A DNA stretch of 46,083 nt from positions 19,957-66,039 of the forward strand of contig MFLS01000002.1 in NCBI GenBank assembly GCA_001781625.1, read 5' to 3'. The notes below the pieces were generated by a model. That model ran no database searches, had not been told where the DNA came from, and worked only from the letters and a program-made list of their open reading frames with translations. The position numbers and the translations under genes are program-made. Source of the DNA: Candidatus Kaiserbacteria bacterium RIFCSPHIGHO2_12_FULL_56_13 (GTDB lineage: Bacteria; Patescibacteriota; Minisyncoccia; Phycocordibacterales; Phycocordibacteraceae). This document shows, one piece after another, positions 6,132 through 16,066 of this stretch. Every line of letters begins with the position of its first letter. The stretch's first letter is position 1.

Positions 6132-7595
6132 ATGAGCCATGCTGTGCCAAAAGAGGTTGCGGGCGTCTCCTCTGCCCTTCGCAACGCTGGTTTTGAGGCC
6201 TATTTGGTTGGTGGATGCGTCCGCGATCTCCTCCTTAGCAGAACGCCGAAGGACTGGGATATCACCACGAATGCCTCCCCGGAGCAAATCCAGGTCGTGT
6301 TTCCTGACTCTTTTTACGAAAATGAATATGGCACCGTGGGTGTAAAAACTGGCGCCCTCGATCCGGCTCTCGCCATTGTTGAAGTAACTCCCTATCGTAA
6401 AGAGTCGGGCTACTCTGACAAGCGCCGGCCTGACTCGGTTGAGTTTGGCGCCTCGCTCGAAGAGGATCTTGCAAGACGCGACTTCACCGTGAACGCCATC
6501 GCCCTCGGTGGCTCTCAAGGACAACCTGTTGACCCGTATAAAGGACAAAAGGACATAAAGGACAAAGTCATACGTGCCGTAGGCAAGCCAGAAGAGCGCT
6601 TTAACGAAGACGCACTCCGTATTATGCGGGCCGTGCGGCTTGTCGCCGAGCTTGATTTTGCCCTCGACACAGACACGGCCGCGGCAATGAAGTTACACGC
6701 GAAACATCTAGGAGCTATTTCACGTGAAAGAGTCAGGGACGAGCTTGTCAGGATCCTCAATTCAGATTCCCCCATGACAGCCCTAACTCTTGCACAGCAG
6801 CTTGGGCTTTTGGAGTTTATCGCCAAGGATCTCTGCCGGGGTATAGGCGTGGAGCAAAATCAGGCTCATAAATACGATGTTTTTGAACACTTGATGCGTA
6901 CCATGCAGCACGCTGCAGACAAGAGTTACAACTTCGAGACCCGCCTTGCTGGGCTCTTTCATGATGTCTCGAAGCCAGAGACGCGGCGTTGGTCTGACGA
7001 AAAGAATGATTGGACCTTTCATGGCCATGATGTTGTTGGTTCACGTGTAACAAAAAAGGCTCTAGAAGATTTGAAGTTTTCACGGAATACCATAGATAAA
7101 GTCGTGAAACTTGTGAGATGGCACATGTTCTTCTCTGACCCTGAAATAGTGACCACTTCAGCTGTGCGGAGGGTCATTACTAATGTCGGACAAGAGAACA
7201 TTGAGGATTTGCTGAACTTGCGGATTTGTGACCGCATTGGCACTGGGCGGCCAAAGGAGCAACCCTTTCGCTTTCGTAAATACAAGGCCATGGTAGAGCA
7301 GGCCCTGCGAGACCCCGTTTCAGTTGGGATGCTTAAGACTGACGGCAACCGGCTCATGGAGAAGTTTCGCGTGGAACCTGGGCCAAAGATAGGATGGGTT
7401 TTACATGCTCTTCTTGAAGAGGTGCTTGATAACCCAAACCTTAATACTGAGGAGTATATGGATAAAAGAGCGGCTGAAATGCTCGCCATGAAGGAGACAG
7501 AACTTAAGAAGCTGGGCCAATCGGGCAAAGAAAAGCGTGAAAAGAGGGAAGAGGAGGAGCTGAAAAAGATAATGGAGAAGCACCACGTTTGCTAG
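6132..7595 (+). CDS. cca: CCA-adding tRNA nucleotidyltransferase with HD domain
   Basis: Polymerase-beta motif is AYLVGGCVRDLLL...DWDI, followed by RDFTVNA. The HD domain includes LFHDVSKP. Confidence 0.85.
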   Translation: MSHAVPKEVAGVSSALRNAGFEAYLVGGCVRDLLLSRTPKDWDITTNASPEQIQVVFPDSFYENEYGTVGVKTGALDPALAIVEVTPYRKESGYSDKRRPDSVEFGASLEEDLARRDFTVNAIALGGSQGQPVDPYKGQKDIKDKVIRAVGKPEERFNEDALRIMRAVRLVAELDFALDTDTAAAMKLHAKHLGAISRERVRDELVRILNSDSPMTALTLAQQLGLLEFIAKDLCRGIGVEQNQAHKYDVFEHLMRTMQHAADKSYNFETRLAGLFHDVSKPETRRWSDEKNDWTFHGHDVVGSRVTKKALEDLKFSRNTIDKVVKLVRWHMFFSDPEIVTTSAVRRVITNVGQENIEDLLNLRICDRIGTGRPKEQPFRFRKYKAMVEQALRDPVSVGMLKTDGNRLMEKFRVEPGPKIGWVLHALLEEVLDNPNLNTEEYMDKRAAEMLAMKETELKKLGQSGKEKREKREEEELKKIMEKHHVC

Positions 7596-7798
7596 AAACA
7601 AACAAGCCGCCCGTGAGGGTCGGCAACGAAAAAGGAGCGAGGGCGTTAAATGATAGTGCTACCGAGGAGAAATAGGGCAGCTTGTGACTTGTTTGCGCTC
7701 TCAAAGGGGAACGAAGCCCAAAAGATCCAATCGCGGATACGCCGCGGAGCCGTAGGCAAGGACCACCTTAACCGAGCGCGCTGATGCGAAAGACCACC

Positions 7799-7819
7799 AA
7801 AAGGACAATCCGTCCTTTA
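7799..7819. terminator. Hairpin in the convergent cca/xth gap
   Basis: AAAGGAC (7800-7806) pairs with GUCCUUU (7812-7818). UUUU follows on the minus strand. Confidence 0.35.
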
Positions 7820-7847
7820 GTTAGGATACTTGTGTAAAGGACATTGT

Positions 7848-7876
7848 AAAGGACACCCTGTGGATAAGTGTCCTTT
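7848..7876 (-). terminator. Probable xth terminator overlapping its stop codon
   Basis: AAAGGACAC (7848-7856) pairs with GUGUCCUUU (7868-7876), 9 bp. The minus strand continues with a U-rich stretch. Confidence 0.5.
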
Positions 7877-8639
7877 AGGACAGATTTATAGAGACTGGGC
7901 AATGGTCAGAGCCGTAGATGTCCGCATGTATTTCTGCCCCCCGGACACGTTTCATAAGCTCTTGCGCGGCAAAAAAGTAGTCGAAGCGCCACCCCACATT
8001 CCTATCTCTTGCCCGAGTTACTAAATCCCAATACGTGTAAGCACCCGAACGGCTTGGGTTAAAGTGTCGGTACACATCCGAATAACCAGCCGCGATGACT
8101 TCGTCTATCCAAGCTCGCTCTTCTGGCAAAAAGCCCGTATTTTCTTCATTTTCTTTAGGTCTTGCAAGATCAATTTCTTCATGAGCGACATTTAAATCAC
8201 CACAAAAAATAACTGGTTTTTGTTTGCGGAGCCGCTCGGCAAGTGCGAGAAAAGCGTCGAAAAAGCGTAGCTTATAGTCGAGTCGTTCGGGGCCACGACC
8301 AGCGTTGGGGAAGTAGGCGTTCAAAAGCCAAAAGTCCTCGAACTCACCCCCGATCGTTCGACCCTCCTGATCGAACTCGGGTATTCCCATATTTATTATC
8401 GAAAGCGGTTCGATTCTTGAATAAAGAGCGACACCACTGTAACCCTTGCGCACTTGGCTTGAGGAAAAGAACGAAGAAAAACCCTTGGGATCGCGAAGTT
8501 CGTCCGGTACTTGATCGGGCGAGGCCTTCGTTTCTTGGAGGCAAAAGATGTCGGGCTTCGCGCCCTTCAAAAAGCTCTCCCAATAGCCGTTTTTCGCGAG
8601 CGACCGGAGACCGTTCACATTCCACGATACAAGACGCAT
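7875..8639 (-). CDS. xth: Exodeoxyribonuclease III
   Basis: MRLVSWNVNGLRS, FCLQETK, GDLNVAH and SDHCPV motifs. Confidence 0.9.
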   Translation of the reverse strand: MRLVSWNVNGLRSLAKNGYWESFLKGAKPDIFCLQETKASPDQVPDELRDPKGFSSFFSSSQVRKGYSGVALYSRIEPLSIINMGIPEFDQEGRTIGGEFEDFWLLNAYFPNAGRGPERLDYKLRFFDAFLALAERLRKQKPVIFCGDLNVAHEEIDLARPKENEENTGFLPEERAWIDEVIAAGYSDVYRHFNPSRSGAYTYWDLVTRARDRNVGWRFDYFFAAQELMKRVRGAEIHADIYGSDHCPVSINLS

Positions 8640-8661
8640 GTGCGCATTCTAGCGCACCTTG

Positions 8662-9561
8662 TTAACGGCTGCGGGAGTGGTACTTCTTGTGAATTTCGTG
8701 CAGGTGCGAGTCGGTAACGTGCGTGTAGATTTGCGTCGTGTTGATGGAGGCGTGTCCGAGGAGCTGCTGGACCGAGCGGATGTCGGCGCCGTTACTGAGA
8801 AGATCAGTTGCAAATGAGTGCCGCAGGACGTGCGGCGTTACTTTTTTCGTAATACCGGCCTTGATCGCGTAGTACTTGATGACGCGCTCGATCGAGCGGG
8901 ACGTGAGCCGCTCGCCGCGCTCACGCCCCTTCGCGATATTGACGAATAAGGCCTCGCCCATGTCCTTACGTGCTTGCACATACGCTTTCACCGCCTCTTT
9001 GGCAGAAGGGGAGAGAAAGACGACGCGCACCTTCTCGCCCTTGCCACGCACTGAAAATTCGTCCTTCGATAAGTCCAAATCAGCATCAAGAGAACAGAGT
9101 TCGGAGACGCGGAGCCCTGTGGAGAAGAGGAGCTCGAGGATGGCCCTGTCGCGGAGCGCTTTTTCGTCAGTGTCGTCTGCGGCCCTCATGAGGCGCGAGA
9201 GTTCTTGGGTCGTAATGAGGTCGAGCGAACGCTCGGGGAGCTTTGCGAGTTCAATTTTCTCGGGCGAGATGCACTTGATGCCCCGCTTTTGTAGATACTT
9301 GAGGAAGGCGCGTATGGCGATGAGGTAGTAGTTCTGCGTCCTTCGCTTCATCGAGCCCTCCACCCCATCCTGCCTATTGAGCCAGAGGCGAAAGTCGCGC
9401 ACAATATCCTCCGTAATATCACTCGGCTCCCTGATCTTCATTTGCTCGAAAAAGCGCGTGAGGTAATGGTCGTAATTCTCAACCGTTTTCACCGCGCGGC
9501 CGCGCTCTATCTCGATGTACTCCAAGAACTGCCGCTTTGCCTGCTCCGCGTCCATACGCAC
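8662..9561 (-). CDS. Tyrosine site-specific recombinase, XerC/XerD type
   Basis: C-terminal catalytic region is HVLRHSFATDLLSNGADIRSVQQLLGHASINTTQIYTHV. An N-terminal SAM-like domain is present. Confidence 0.9.
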   Translation of the reverse strand: MRMDAEQAKRQFLEYIEIERGRAVKTVENYDHYLTRFFEQMKIREPSDITEDIVRDFRLWLNRQDGVEGSMKRRTQNYYLIAIRAFLKYLQKRGIKCISPEKIELAKLPERSLDLITTQELSRLMRAADDTDEKALRDRAILELLFSTGLRVSELCSLDADLDLSKDEFSVRGKGEKVRVVFLSPSAKEAVKAYVQARKDMGEALFVNIAKGRERGERLTSRSIERVIKYYAIKAGITKKVTPHVLRHSFATDLLSNGADIRSVQQLLGHASINTTQIYTHVTDSHLHEIHKKYHSRSR

Positions 9562-9612
9562 ATAGTAGCATCAGAACATTGTGCGACATTCGACTTTCGC
9601 ATTCTGCAACCC

Positions 9613-9641
9613 TTGCGAGAATAATCAAGGTGTGGTAGAGT
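9613..9641 (+). promoter_or_regulatory. Candidate sigma-70-type promoter for rpsO
   Basis: TTGCGA (9613-9618), 17 nt spacer, TAGAGT (9636-9641). The ATG follows only 8 nt later. Confidence 0.4.
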
Positions 9642-9649
9642 TGGCTCAC

Positions 9650-9916
9650 ATGCTTACCACGAAGAAAAAGGCCGCCATCATGAAAGACGCGGCTCGTCAC
9701 GACACGGACACTGGTTCAGCCGAGGTCCAGATCGCGCTCCTTTCGAAGCGTATCGATGAACTCACGAAGCATTTGAAAAAGAATACGAAAGATTTTCATT
9801 CACGCCGCGGCCTCTTGCAGATGGTTGCTGATCGCCGCTCACACTTACGCTATTTGGAGAACAGCGATAAGCGCCGCTACAATGCGCTCGTGAAAAAGTT
9901 GGGGCTTAAGAAGTAA
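9650..9916 (+). CDS. rpsO: 30S ribosomal protein S15
   Basis: GSAEVQIALLSKRIDELTKHLKKNTKDFHSRRGLLQMVADRRSHLRYL. Confidence 0.9.
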   Translation: MLTTKKKAAIMKDAARHDTDTGSAEVQIALLSKRIDELTKHLKKNTKDFHSRRGLLQMVADRRSHLRYLENSDKRRYNALVKKLGLKK

Positions 9917-9940
9917 TCCTCTCCGTGTGCTAGCATGGAT

Positions 9941-9960
9941 GCGGGAGATATCCCGTTTTA
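9941..9960 (+). terminator. Intrinsic terminator after rpsO
   Basis: CGGGA-GAUA-UCCCG followed by UUUU. Confidence 0.55.
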
Positions 9961-9989
9961 ATAACCGTTTATTTTCATAAGACATTTCT

Positions 9990-10505
9990 ATGGCAGTTAT
10001 CAAACATAAAGCCCAGCGTGTGGGCGTGTTTATAGACACGCAAAATCTCTATCACAGCGCCAAGCACCTTTATAAGGCGAGGGTCAACTTCGCCAAAGTG
10101 CTAGAAGAGGCGCTTGGTGGCCGCACCTTGGTGCGCGCTATCGCTTATGTGATCTCAACCGAAAGCGGGGAGGAGAAGAACTTCTTCGAGGCCTTGACCA
10201 AGATGGGCATCGAGACCAAGGTCAAAGACCTTCAGGTCTTTGCCGACGGCGCGAAGAAGGCCGACTGGGATGTGGGGCTCGCTATCGACGCGGTAAAGCT
10301 CGCCCCAAAACTCGATACGGTCGTTCTTGCGACCGGCGACGGCGATTTTATCCCCTTGATCCAATACCTTGACATGAACGAGGGGTGCCAAGTTGAAGTG
10401 ATCTCATTTGGTAAATCTTCGTCAGCAAAACTCAAAGAGGTTGCGCACGCCTTTACCGACCTGTGCGACGATCCGAAGCGCTTCACGATCGGGTATCGGA
10501 GTTAA
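9990..10505 (+). CDS. NYN-domain (LabA/DUF88-like) protein
   Basis: VGVFIDTQNLYHSAK...VVLATGDGDFIPLIQYL, as in NYN/LabA predicted RNases. Confidence 0.8.
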   Translation: MAVIKHKAQRVGVFIDTQNLYHSAKHLYKARVNFAKVLEEALGGRTLVRAIAYVISTESGEEKNFFEALTKMGIETKVKDLQVFADGAKKADWDVGLAIDAVKLAPKLDTVVLATGDGDFIPLIQYLDMNEGCQVEVISFGKSSSAKLKEVAHAFTDLCDDPKRFTIGYRS

Positions 10506-10510
10506 CAGTC

Positions 10511-11554
10511 ATGCCTCCTTCGCCGAACCGGCCTGAATCTGCAAAGGATGCGCCACCCGAGGAGCCGAAGCGCTTTATCAGGACGCTCGAGAGCGATGCG
10601 GCGGCGCTTCAGGAGGGGAGCAGGCCTGGATTTACCCAAGTTGATGGACAGGGAGGCGGCGCGTCTCAACGGATCGTCGAGGGCTCGGTGCTCCCACCTC
10701 CGCTCCCGCCTCCAAAGAGCGCGCCCTACGCGCCCCCTCCGCCCCCGACCCCTGCCTCAAGAGTCGAAGCGCCGCTCCACACCTATACCAGTGATTTTTC
10801 AGAACGCCTGAAGGAGGAGAAGGCCTCGACAGCGACCGTCCTTGCGGCAGAGGGAGATATCGGCCTGCGCCGCCCGCGTCGCTCTTTCGCCCTGAATGTC
10901 CCGCTTATTGCGGGCGGCATCCTGCTCATCATCCTTGGCGCGGGCGGCGCCTACGCGACCTATCGCTCTGTCTCGTTGCCCCAGCCGGTTACGATGGTGC
11001 CAGTGATCGCGGCACCTATCTTTGTGAACGAGCGCGAGGAGGTGAGCGGGGGGGGAACGACGCTTGCGGGCGCTCTCGTCATCTCACTTCAAAACCCGCC
11101 CGGCGCGGGGAGCATACGGCTCCTCTACACCCTCGTCGCGACCTCGACGGGGAACGATGTCTTTCACGCCCTTCAGTTCCCCGCACCGGGCTCCTTGCTC
11201 CGCAATATCAGCGCCGAGGGGAGCATGGCCGGCATTGTCGCGCTTGAAGGCGGCGCTTCACCATTTTTTATCCTTAAGGTGAGCTCGTACGGTGATACCT
11301 TTGCCGGCATGCTTGCGTGGGAGCCAAGAATGAGCGCGGACCTCGCGATCCTCTTCCCCCCGCAGGGCACAACGACACCCGCCTTTGTCGATGAGGTTAT
11401 CGCAAATCACGATGCGCGCGCACTCCGCTCCCCCGGAGGAAGGAGTGTGGTAGTATACGGATACTGGGACCCGACGCTCCTCATCATTGCGCGTGACGAG
11501 AACGCGTATACCGAAATCTTGCGGCGCCTCTCGACCTCGCGGACAGTACACTGA
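10511..11554 (+). CDS. Hypothetical proline-rich single-pass membrane protein
   Basis: ATG 10511 lies just after the NYN gene stop. Features are a PPPLPPPKSAPYAPPPPPTP tract and the TM segment LIAGGILLIILGAGGAYATY. No recognised family. Confidence 0.55.
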   Translation: MPPSPNRPESAKDAPPEEPKRFIRTLESDAAALQEGSRPGFTQVDGQGGGASQRIVEGSVLPPPLPPPKSAPYAPPPPPTPASRVEAPLHTYTSDFSERLKEEKASTATVLAAEGDIGLRRPRRSFALNVPLIAGGILLIILGAGGAYATYRSVSLPQPVTMVPVIAAPIFVNEREEVSGGGTTLAGALVISLQNPPGAGSIRLLYTLVATSTGNDVFHALQFPAPGSLLRNISAEGSMAGIVALEGGASPFFILKVSSYGDTFAGMLAWEPRMSADLAILFPPQGTTTPAFVDEVIANHDARALRSPGGRSVVVYGYWDPTLLIIARDENAYTEILRRLSTSRTVH

Positions 11555-11575
11555 CCGTTTGTTATACTGCAAGCA

Positions 11576-11932
11576 ATGAAAACCGCGCACTTTAAGGCGC
11601 TCCTCATTCAAGAAAAGGATAAGCTCGAAGCAGAACTTTCGGGCATCGGTCGCAAAAACCCGGCGAACCCTAAGGATTGGGAGCCGGTCCCGCCTGCGAA
11701 TGGCGAGGCCGAATCTGATCTCGCCGACATCGCTGATCGCTCGATCGGTTTTGATACGAACGCTTCTATCGTCGCTGATCTCGAGACGCGGCTCAATGAG
11801 GTCACAGCCTCTCTCGATAGGGTGGAAAAGGGCACCTATGGGAAGTGCGAAGTGTCGGGTGAGCCGATCGAAGAGGAGCGTCTTAGCGCTGACCCCGCCG
11901 CCCGCACATGCCTCAAGCATTTAAACCAATAA
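11576..11932 (+). CDS. DksA/TraR-family protein (only two Cys in the finger region)
   Basis: A coiled-coil N-terminus is followed by [27 protein letters not shown]. Confidence 0.65.
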   Translation: MKTAHFKALLIQEKDKLEAELSGIGRKNPANPKDWEPVPPANGEAESDLADIADRSIGFDTNASIVADLETRLNEVTASLDRVEKGTYGKCEVSGEPIEEERLSADPAARTCLKHLNQ

Positions 11933-12000
11933 AGGCCAACACAAGGGATACACCCGTCTCCGCCAAGGCTACGGTGGGGAAACGCGGGTACGCAAAGGTA

Positions 12001-13494
12001 ATGACAGCACAGCCCATAGCGGCTGCAGCCGAGATGATTACGGTCGAGGCTGATCTGACACGCGGCCTCCACTCTTTTTCAATCGTTGGGCTCCCCGACA
12101 AGGCCGTCGAGGAGGCACGTGACCGGATCGCGGCTGCAATCCGCCACTCAGGCTTCAAGTCGCCCAAGCAAGAGAATCGCCGCATCGTCCTCTCCCTCTC
12201 GCCTGCTGATTTGAAGAAAGAGGGCTCGCACTACGATCTCCCGCTTGCGCTCGCTTATCTCATCGCGTCGGGGAATCTGCAACCGCTCACGCCGCACCTG
12301 TTGTTTGCCGGCGAACTCGCACTTGACGGTACCTTGCGCAGGGTACGTGGCATCTTGCCGCAAGTGCTCGCGGCAAAGCGGGCGGGTATCAAAGCCGTTT
12401 TCGTACCTTCCTCGACCGCGCACGAAGCCCTTCTCGCCGAAGGGATCGCTGTGTATGCGCCCGCTTCGCTCGCCGAGGTCGTCGCACATCTCAAAGGAGA
12501 AAAGCGTCTCCCTGCATTAACACGCGACCCTCGCGAGGAACTCCCACCTCCCTCGATCGATCTCGCTGATATCAAAGGGCAGGAGAGCGCAAAGCGCGCT
12601 CTCGAGATTGCGGCTGCTGGCCGCCACAATATCGTTTTCTACGGGCCGCCGGGGACAGGGAAGACCATGCTTGCGCGTGCCCTCTCTGGCATCCTGCCGC
12701 CCCTCACTCCTGATGAGGTACTTGAGGTAACGGCGATACACTCGACCGCTGGGCTCCTCGGGGGAGGCGAGGCGGTGTATCACCCGCCCTTCCGCGCTCC
12801 GCATCATTCGGTGTCGCATGTGGCGATCGTGGGCGGTGGGGCCTTCCCCAAAGCGGGGGAGGTGACGCTCGCCCACAAGGGAGTACTTTTTCTCGACGAG
12901 TTTACCGAGTTTGACGCGCGGGCCCTCGAGGCCCTGCGTCAACCGCTTGAAGACAGGGTGGTGACGGTCTCGAGGGCCCGCGCGTCGATCACTTTTCCCG
13001 CTGACTGCATGATCGTCGCGGCGATGAACCCTGCCGAGACGATTTCGGACGATGTGCGAACCACGCTCCGCGCCGCGGCGCGCCAATCACGTCGCCTTTC
13101 GCGCCCTATTGTGGATCGTCTTGATCTGTGGATCGAGGTCCCCCTCGTCCCGCACGAGACCTTGGCGCGTCTCGCAACCGGCGAACCGTCAGAGGTGGTC
13201 AGGAAGCGTGTCATAGCGGCACGCACGCACGCCGAGAAGCGCATGAAAAAGCGCGGAACCACGAACGCGCATCTTTCAGGCCGCGAGCTTGATGAAAAAA
13301 GCGGGTTTTCACCCGCCGTGAAGGAGGTACTCATGCATGCCGCGGCGCGCATGAATCTCTCACCGCGCGCCTACCATCGCACTATGCGCGTCGCGCGCAC
13401 TATCGCCGACCTTGCAGGCGCGCATGAAGTCGCGCCTGCGCATGTGCATGAAGCCCTGCAGTATCGCCCCCGCGGTATGTTTGGATTTGAGTAA
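12001..13494 (+). CDS. comM: YifB/ComM Mg-chelatase-like AAA+ protein
   Basis: [22 protein letters not shown], Walker [13 protein letters not shown], and [11 protein letters not shown]. The ATG at 12001 fits the family N-terminus. Confidence 0.9.
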   Translation: MTAQPIAAAAEMITVEADLTRGLHSFSIVGLPDKAVEEARDRIAAAIRHSGFKSPKQENRRIVLSLSPADLKKEGSHYDLPLALAYLIASGNLQPLTPHLLFAGELALDGTLRRVRGILPQVLAAKRAGIKAVFVPSSTAHEALLAEGIAVYAPASLAEVVAHLKGEKRLPALTRDPREELPPPSIDLADIKGQESAKRALEIAAAGRHNIVFYGPPGTGKTMLARALSGILPPLTPDEVLEVTAIHSTAGLLGGGEAVYHPPFRAPHHSVSHVAIVGGGAFPKAGEVTLAHKGVLFLDEFTEFDARALEALRQPLEDRVVTVSRARASITFPADCMIVAAMNPAETISDDVRTTLRAAARQSRRLSRPIVDRLDLWIEVPLVPHETLARLATGEPSEVVRKRVIAARTHAEKRMKKRGTTNAHLSGRELDEKSGFSPAVKEVLMHAAARMNLSPRAYHRTMRVARTIADLAGAHEVAPAHVHEALQYRPRGMFGFE

Positions 13495-13504
13495 GTATTG
13501 AAAA

Positions 13505-14431
13505 CTAGCGTGGCTGGCAGATAGCACCCACGGGGCAGAAGGCGAACGGATTTTGGGCGCCGCGCACTTCGTAGTGGAGGTGGGAGCCGGTCACTTTACC
13601 GGTCGCACCGACATAGCCGATCAGCTGTCCGCGGCCAACGCTTTGGCCAACTGTCGCGATGCCGTAATTCAGGTGGGCGTAGAGGGTTTGCGTGCCGTTG
13701 GCGTGTGAAATGACGACATAGTTGCCGTAACCACCGTTCCACGCGCCGTTGTTCCTCACGACGATGACGGCGCCCGGGGCGACGGCATAGACGGGCGTGC
13801 CCTTTGGTGCGCCAAAGTCGACCCCATTCCAGCCGTGGAGGCTTTGAGTGAGGATCGCGCCCGGCACCGGATTACCGAAATAGCCGGCAAAGGCCGCACC
13901 GCCCCCGCCGCGGAGCGTTGTGCCTGGAGCAGTACCCGAGGAGGCAGGCACGGCAAGTTCACCTCCGGGAACGATCAAGATCGAGCCGACTGCAAGCACG
14001 GTACCGGTGTCAAGGCCGTTGAAGTCGGCGATCTCGCCAGCATCGGCCTTGTACTTTTTCGCAATCGAAGCGAGAGTATCGCCCCTCTTGATCGTGTGTT
14101 CGACGCCCGAGACGGGGAGGATGACAAGCTGCTGCCCCGGGCGGATCACGCGTGCGCTCCCGAGATCGTTCGCCCAGATAATCGTATTGATAGAGACACT
14201 GAACATGCGCGAGATGTCAGACAAGGTATCGCCGGTACGCACAGTGTAGAGGGAGATCTGGCCTGGCGTTAGGGAACCGCTCACGTCGGCGGCAGTGCCC
14301 TCTGGCCCAGCGTCAGCGACGAGGGCGCTCCCGCCTGAAAGGGTTACCGGTGCGGGCCCCTTGGTCGGATTCGGGTCTTGATTTGTCGCGGCGTTGAGGA
14401 GAGCGAGGCTCGTGTCGTGCAAAACTGGCAT
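13505..14431 (-). CDS. LysM-repeat M23 metallopeptidase
   Basis: Two LysM repeats (YTVRTGDTLSDISRMF, HTIKRGDTLASIAKKY). The M23 core includes GVDFGAPKGTPVYA, YVVISHANG and TGSHLHYEV. The called N-terminus lacks a signal peptide (see findings). Confidence 0.85.
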   Translation of the reverse strand: MPVLHDTSLALLNAATNQDPNPTKGPAPVTLSGGSALVADAGPEGTAADVSGSLTPGQISLYTVRTGDTLSDISRMFSVSINTIIWANDLGSARVIRPGQQLVILPVSGVEHTIKRGDTLASIAKKYKADAGEIADFNGLDTGTVLAVGSILIVPGGELAVPASSGTAPGTTLRGGGGAAFAGYFGNPVPGAILTQSLHGWNGVDFGAPKGTPVYAVAPGAVIVVRNNGAWNGGYGNYVVISHANGTQTLYAHLNYGIATVGQSVGRGQLIGYVGATGKVTGSHLHYEVRGAQNPFAFCPVGAICQPR

Positions 14432-14584
14432 TCTCGATCCGGCGGCGTCGGCGTATGAAGAAAACGGCCAAAAGGCGCCCGCATTCGCAGGAGTGAAGGT
14501 TACAAATATGGCCAGAGCTATCGCGGCAAGATGTGGGATGAATACGATGGGAAGGTCGGGATTATCAGCCGGGCTTTCATGTAC

Positions 14585-14609
14585 AAAAATGGCTTACCTA
14601 AGCCATTTC
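14585..14609 (-). terminator. Intrinsic terminator after clpP
   Basis: Minus strand reads AAAUGGCUUA-GG-UAAGCCAUUUUU. Confidence 0.6.
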
Positions 14610-14714
14610 TTTCGTGCCTCCAGAACTACCGATTGGAGCATTTTAGCAGGATTTTGCTCCCAGTCAACCGACCAAAAAAGGGATTGGGGAGAGCTTTTGT
14701 ACCGCATTACCGCA

Positions 14715-15320
14715 CTACTGTTTGAAAACCTGGTCGACGATGCCGTATTTCTTCGCCTCTTCGGCGGTCATGAAGAAGTCGCGATCGACATCTTTTTGTA
14801 TCCGCTCGAGAGGTTGGCCCGTTTCTTTCGCGAGGATTCTGTTCAAACGATCGCGCGTCGAGAGGATGTGTTTTGCCGAGATCTCGATATCAGAGGCCTG
14901 GCCCTCGGCGCCGCCCAATGGTTGGTGGATCATTATCTCGGCGTTGGGGAGGGCGTAGCGCTTGCCCTTCGAGCCCGAGGCGAGGAGCCAGGCGCCGCCA
15001 GAGGCCGCCATGCCGACACACACCGTTGCGACATCGGGTTTGATGTGATTCATCGTGTCGACGATCGCCAAGGTTGAGGTGACCGAACCCCCCGGGCTGT
15101 TGATGTAGAGAGAGATGTCCTTTTTCGGGTCTTCAGATTCAAGAAAGAGGAGTTGGGCGATGATGAGGTTCGCCGAGTCGTTGTCGATCGGCCCGCCCAT
15201 GAAGATGACGCGCTCCTTAAGGAGCCGCGAGTAGATGTCGTACGCGCGTTCGCCAAACTGGCTCTTCTCGACGACCATGGGGACCAAATAGGAGGCACGG
15301 GGAAGTGGCGAGGTAATCAT
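14715..15320 (-). CDS. clpP: ATP-dependent Clp protease proteolytic subunit
   Basis: [17 protein letters not shown], catalytic Ser in [11 protein letters not shown], and IMIHQPLGG. Confidence 0.95.
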   Translation of the reverse strand: MITSPLPRASYLVPMVVEKSQFGERAYDIYSRLLKERVIFMGGPIDNDSANLIIAQLLFLESEDPKKDISLYINSPGGSVTSTLAIVDTMNHIKPDVATVCVGMAASGGAWLLASGSKGKRYALPNAEIMIHQPLGGAEGQASDIEISAKHILSTRDRLNRILAKETGQPLERIQKDVDRDFFMTAEEAKKYGIVDQVFKQ

Positions 15321-15331
15321 AGGTAAAGTGG

Positions 15332-15514
15332 TTAAAATTGTTGCGATTCAAGCTGTTCAATGAGCGCGCGCTCTTCAGCGACGCGTTTGCCCCACGCATA
15401 GAGAGCGCCAACGATAATCATGAGGATAATGATGACGAGCGAGATGATAGTACCCCACGACTGCTGGCGTGGCGAGGGCGGCTTGATGATGGGTGTCGAT
15501 GAGGAAGGGGGCAT
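15332..15514 (-). CDS. Small hypothetical membrane protein (60 aa)
   Basis: Fits tightly between ppa and clpP on the same strand. It has one clear TM segment ([22 protein letters not shown]). Confidence 0.4.
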   Translation of the reverse strand: MPPSSSTPIIKPPSPRQQSWGTIISLVIIILMIIVGALYAWGKRVAEERALIEQLESQQF

Positions 15515-15526
15515 GGTTATTTTCCA

Positions 15527-16057
15527 CTAGGCGGCCCCTTTGGGGTTCTCTTTATACATCTTGCACGCGCGCTCAAATGCCGCTTGCGCTTCGCCTGCTC
15601 CTTCATATTCGCCGATTGAAACCTCTTTGTCCTGCAGTTTCTTGTAGGTGACGAAAAAGTGCGCGATCTCTTTCAGCGTGTGCGCGTTGACATCTTTGAG
15701 CTCTTTGATGCTTGCAAAGCGCGGGTCGTCTGCCGGGACCGCGATGACCTTTTCATCGGGATCGCCGTCGTCGATCATCGGCATGATGGCGACGGGGCGA
15801 GCGCGCACCAAGATACCGGGCGCAAGCGGTACGGTCGTGAGGAGGACGACATCAAGCGCATCGCCATCGTCCCACAAGGTTTGCGGCACGAAACCGTAGT
15901 CGAAAGGATACGCTTGAGCGGTGTGGAGGACGCGATCAAGGGCAATGAGACCCGTTTTTTTGTCGATCTCGTATTTGTTTTGCGAGCCGCGCGGGATCTC
16001 AATGACGACATTCATTTCTTCTTTCGTTCCTGGCGCGATATCGTGAAGCAGGTTCAT
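15527..16057 (-). CDS. ppa: Inorganic pyrophosphatase (family I)
   Basis: VIEIPRGSQNKYE, DGDALDVVLL and DPDEKVIAV. Confidence 0.95.
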   Translation of the reverse strand: MNLLHDIAPGTKEEMNVVIEIPRGSQNKYEIDKKTGLIALDRVLHTAQAYPFDYGFVPQTLWDDGDALDVVLLTTVPLAPGILVRARPVAIMPMIDDGDPDEKVIAVPADDPRFASIKELKDVNAHTLKEIAHFFVTYKKLQDKEVSIGEYEGAGEAQAAFERACKMYKENPKGAA

Positions 16058-16066
16058 ATTTTTATT

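Noticed and set aside
6540-6570. AAAGGACA repeats resembling those in the 7800-7880 hairpins
   Set aside because: They lie in frame inside cca, encoding YKGQKDIKDK. This is coincidental Lys/Asp codon repetition.
8662-9561. The Xer-type recombinase considered as a marker of an integrated mobile element
   Set aside because: It has full XerC/D-like architecture. No flanking repeats, phage genes or tRNA-adjacent att-like duplication were seen. It is most simply the chromosomal dimer-resolution recombinase.
10463-10510. Longer N-terminus (start 10463) for the proline-rich membrane protein, and likewise the upstream extensions of ORFs at 11908, 17467, 21254, 36205, 38342, 38994, 42278 and 44447
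   Set aside because: The extensions overlap the preceding gene or lack family-typical N-termini. Internal ATGs give canonical protein starts.
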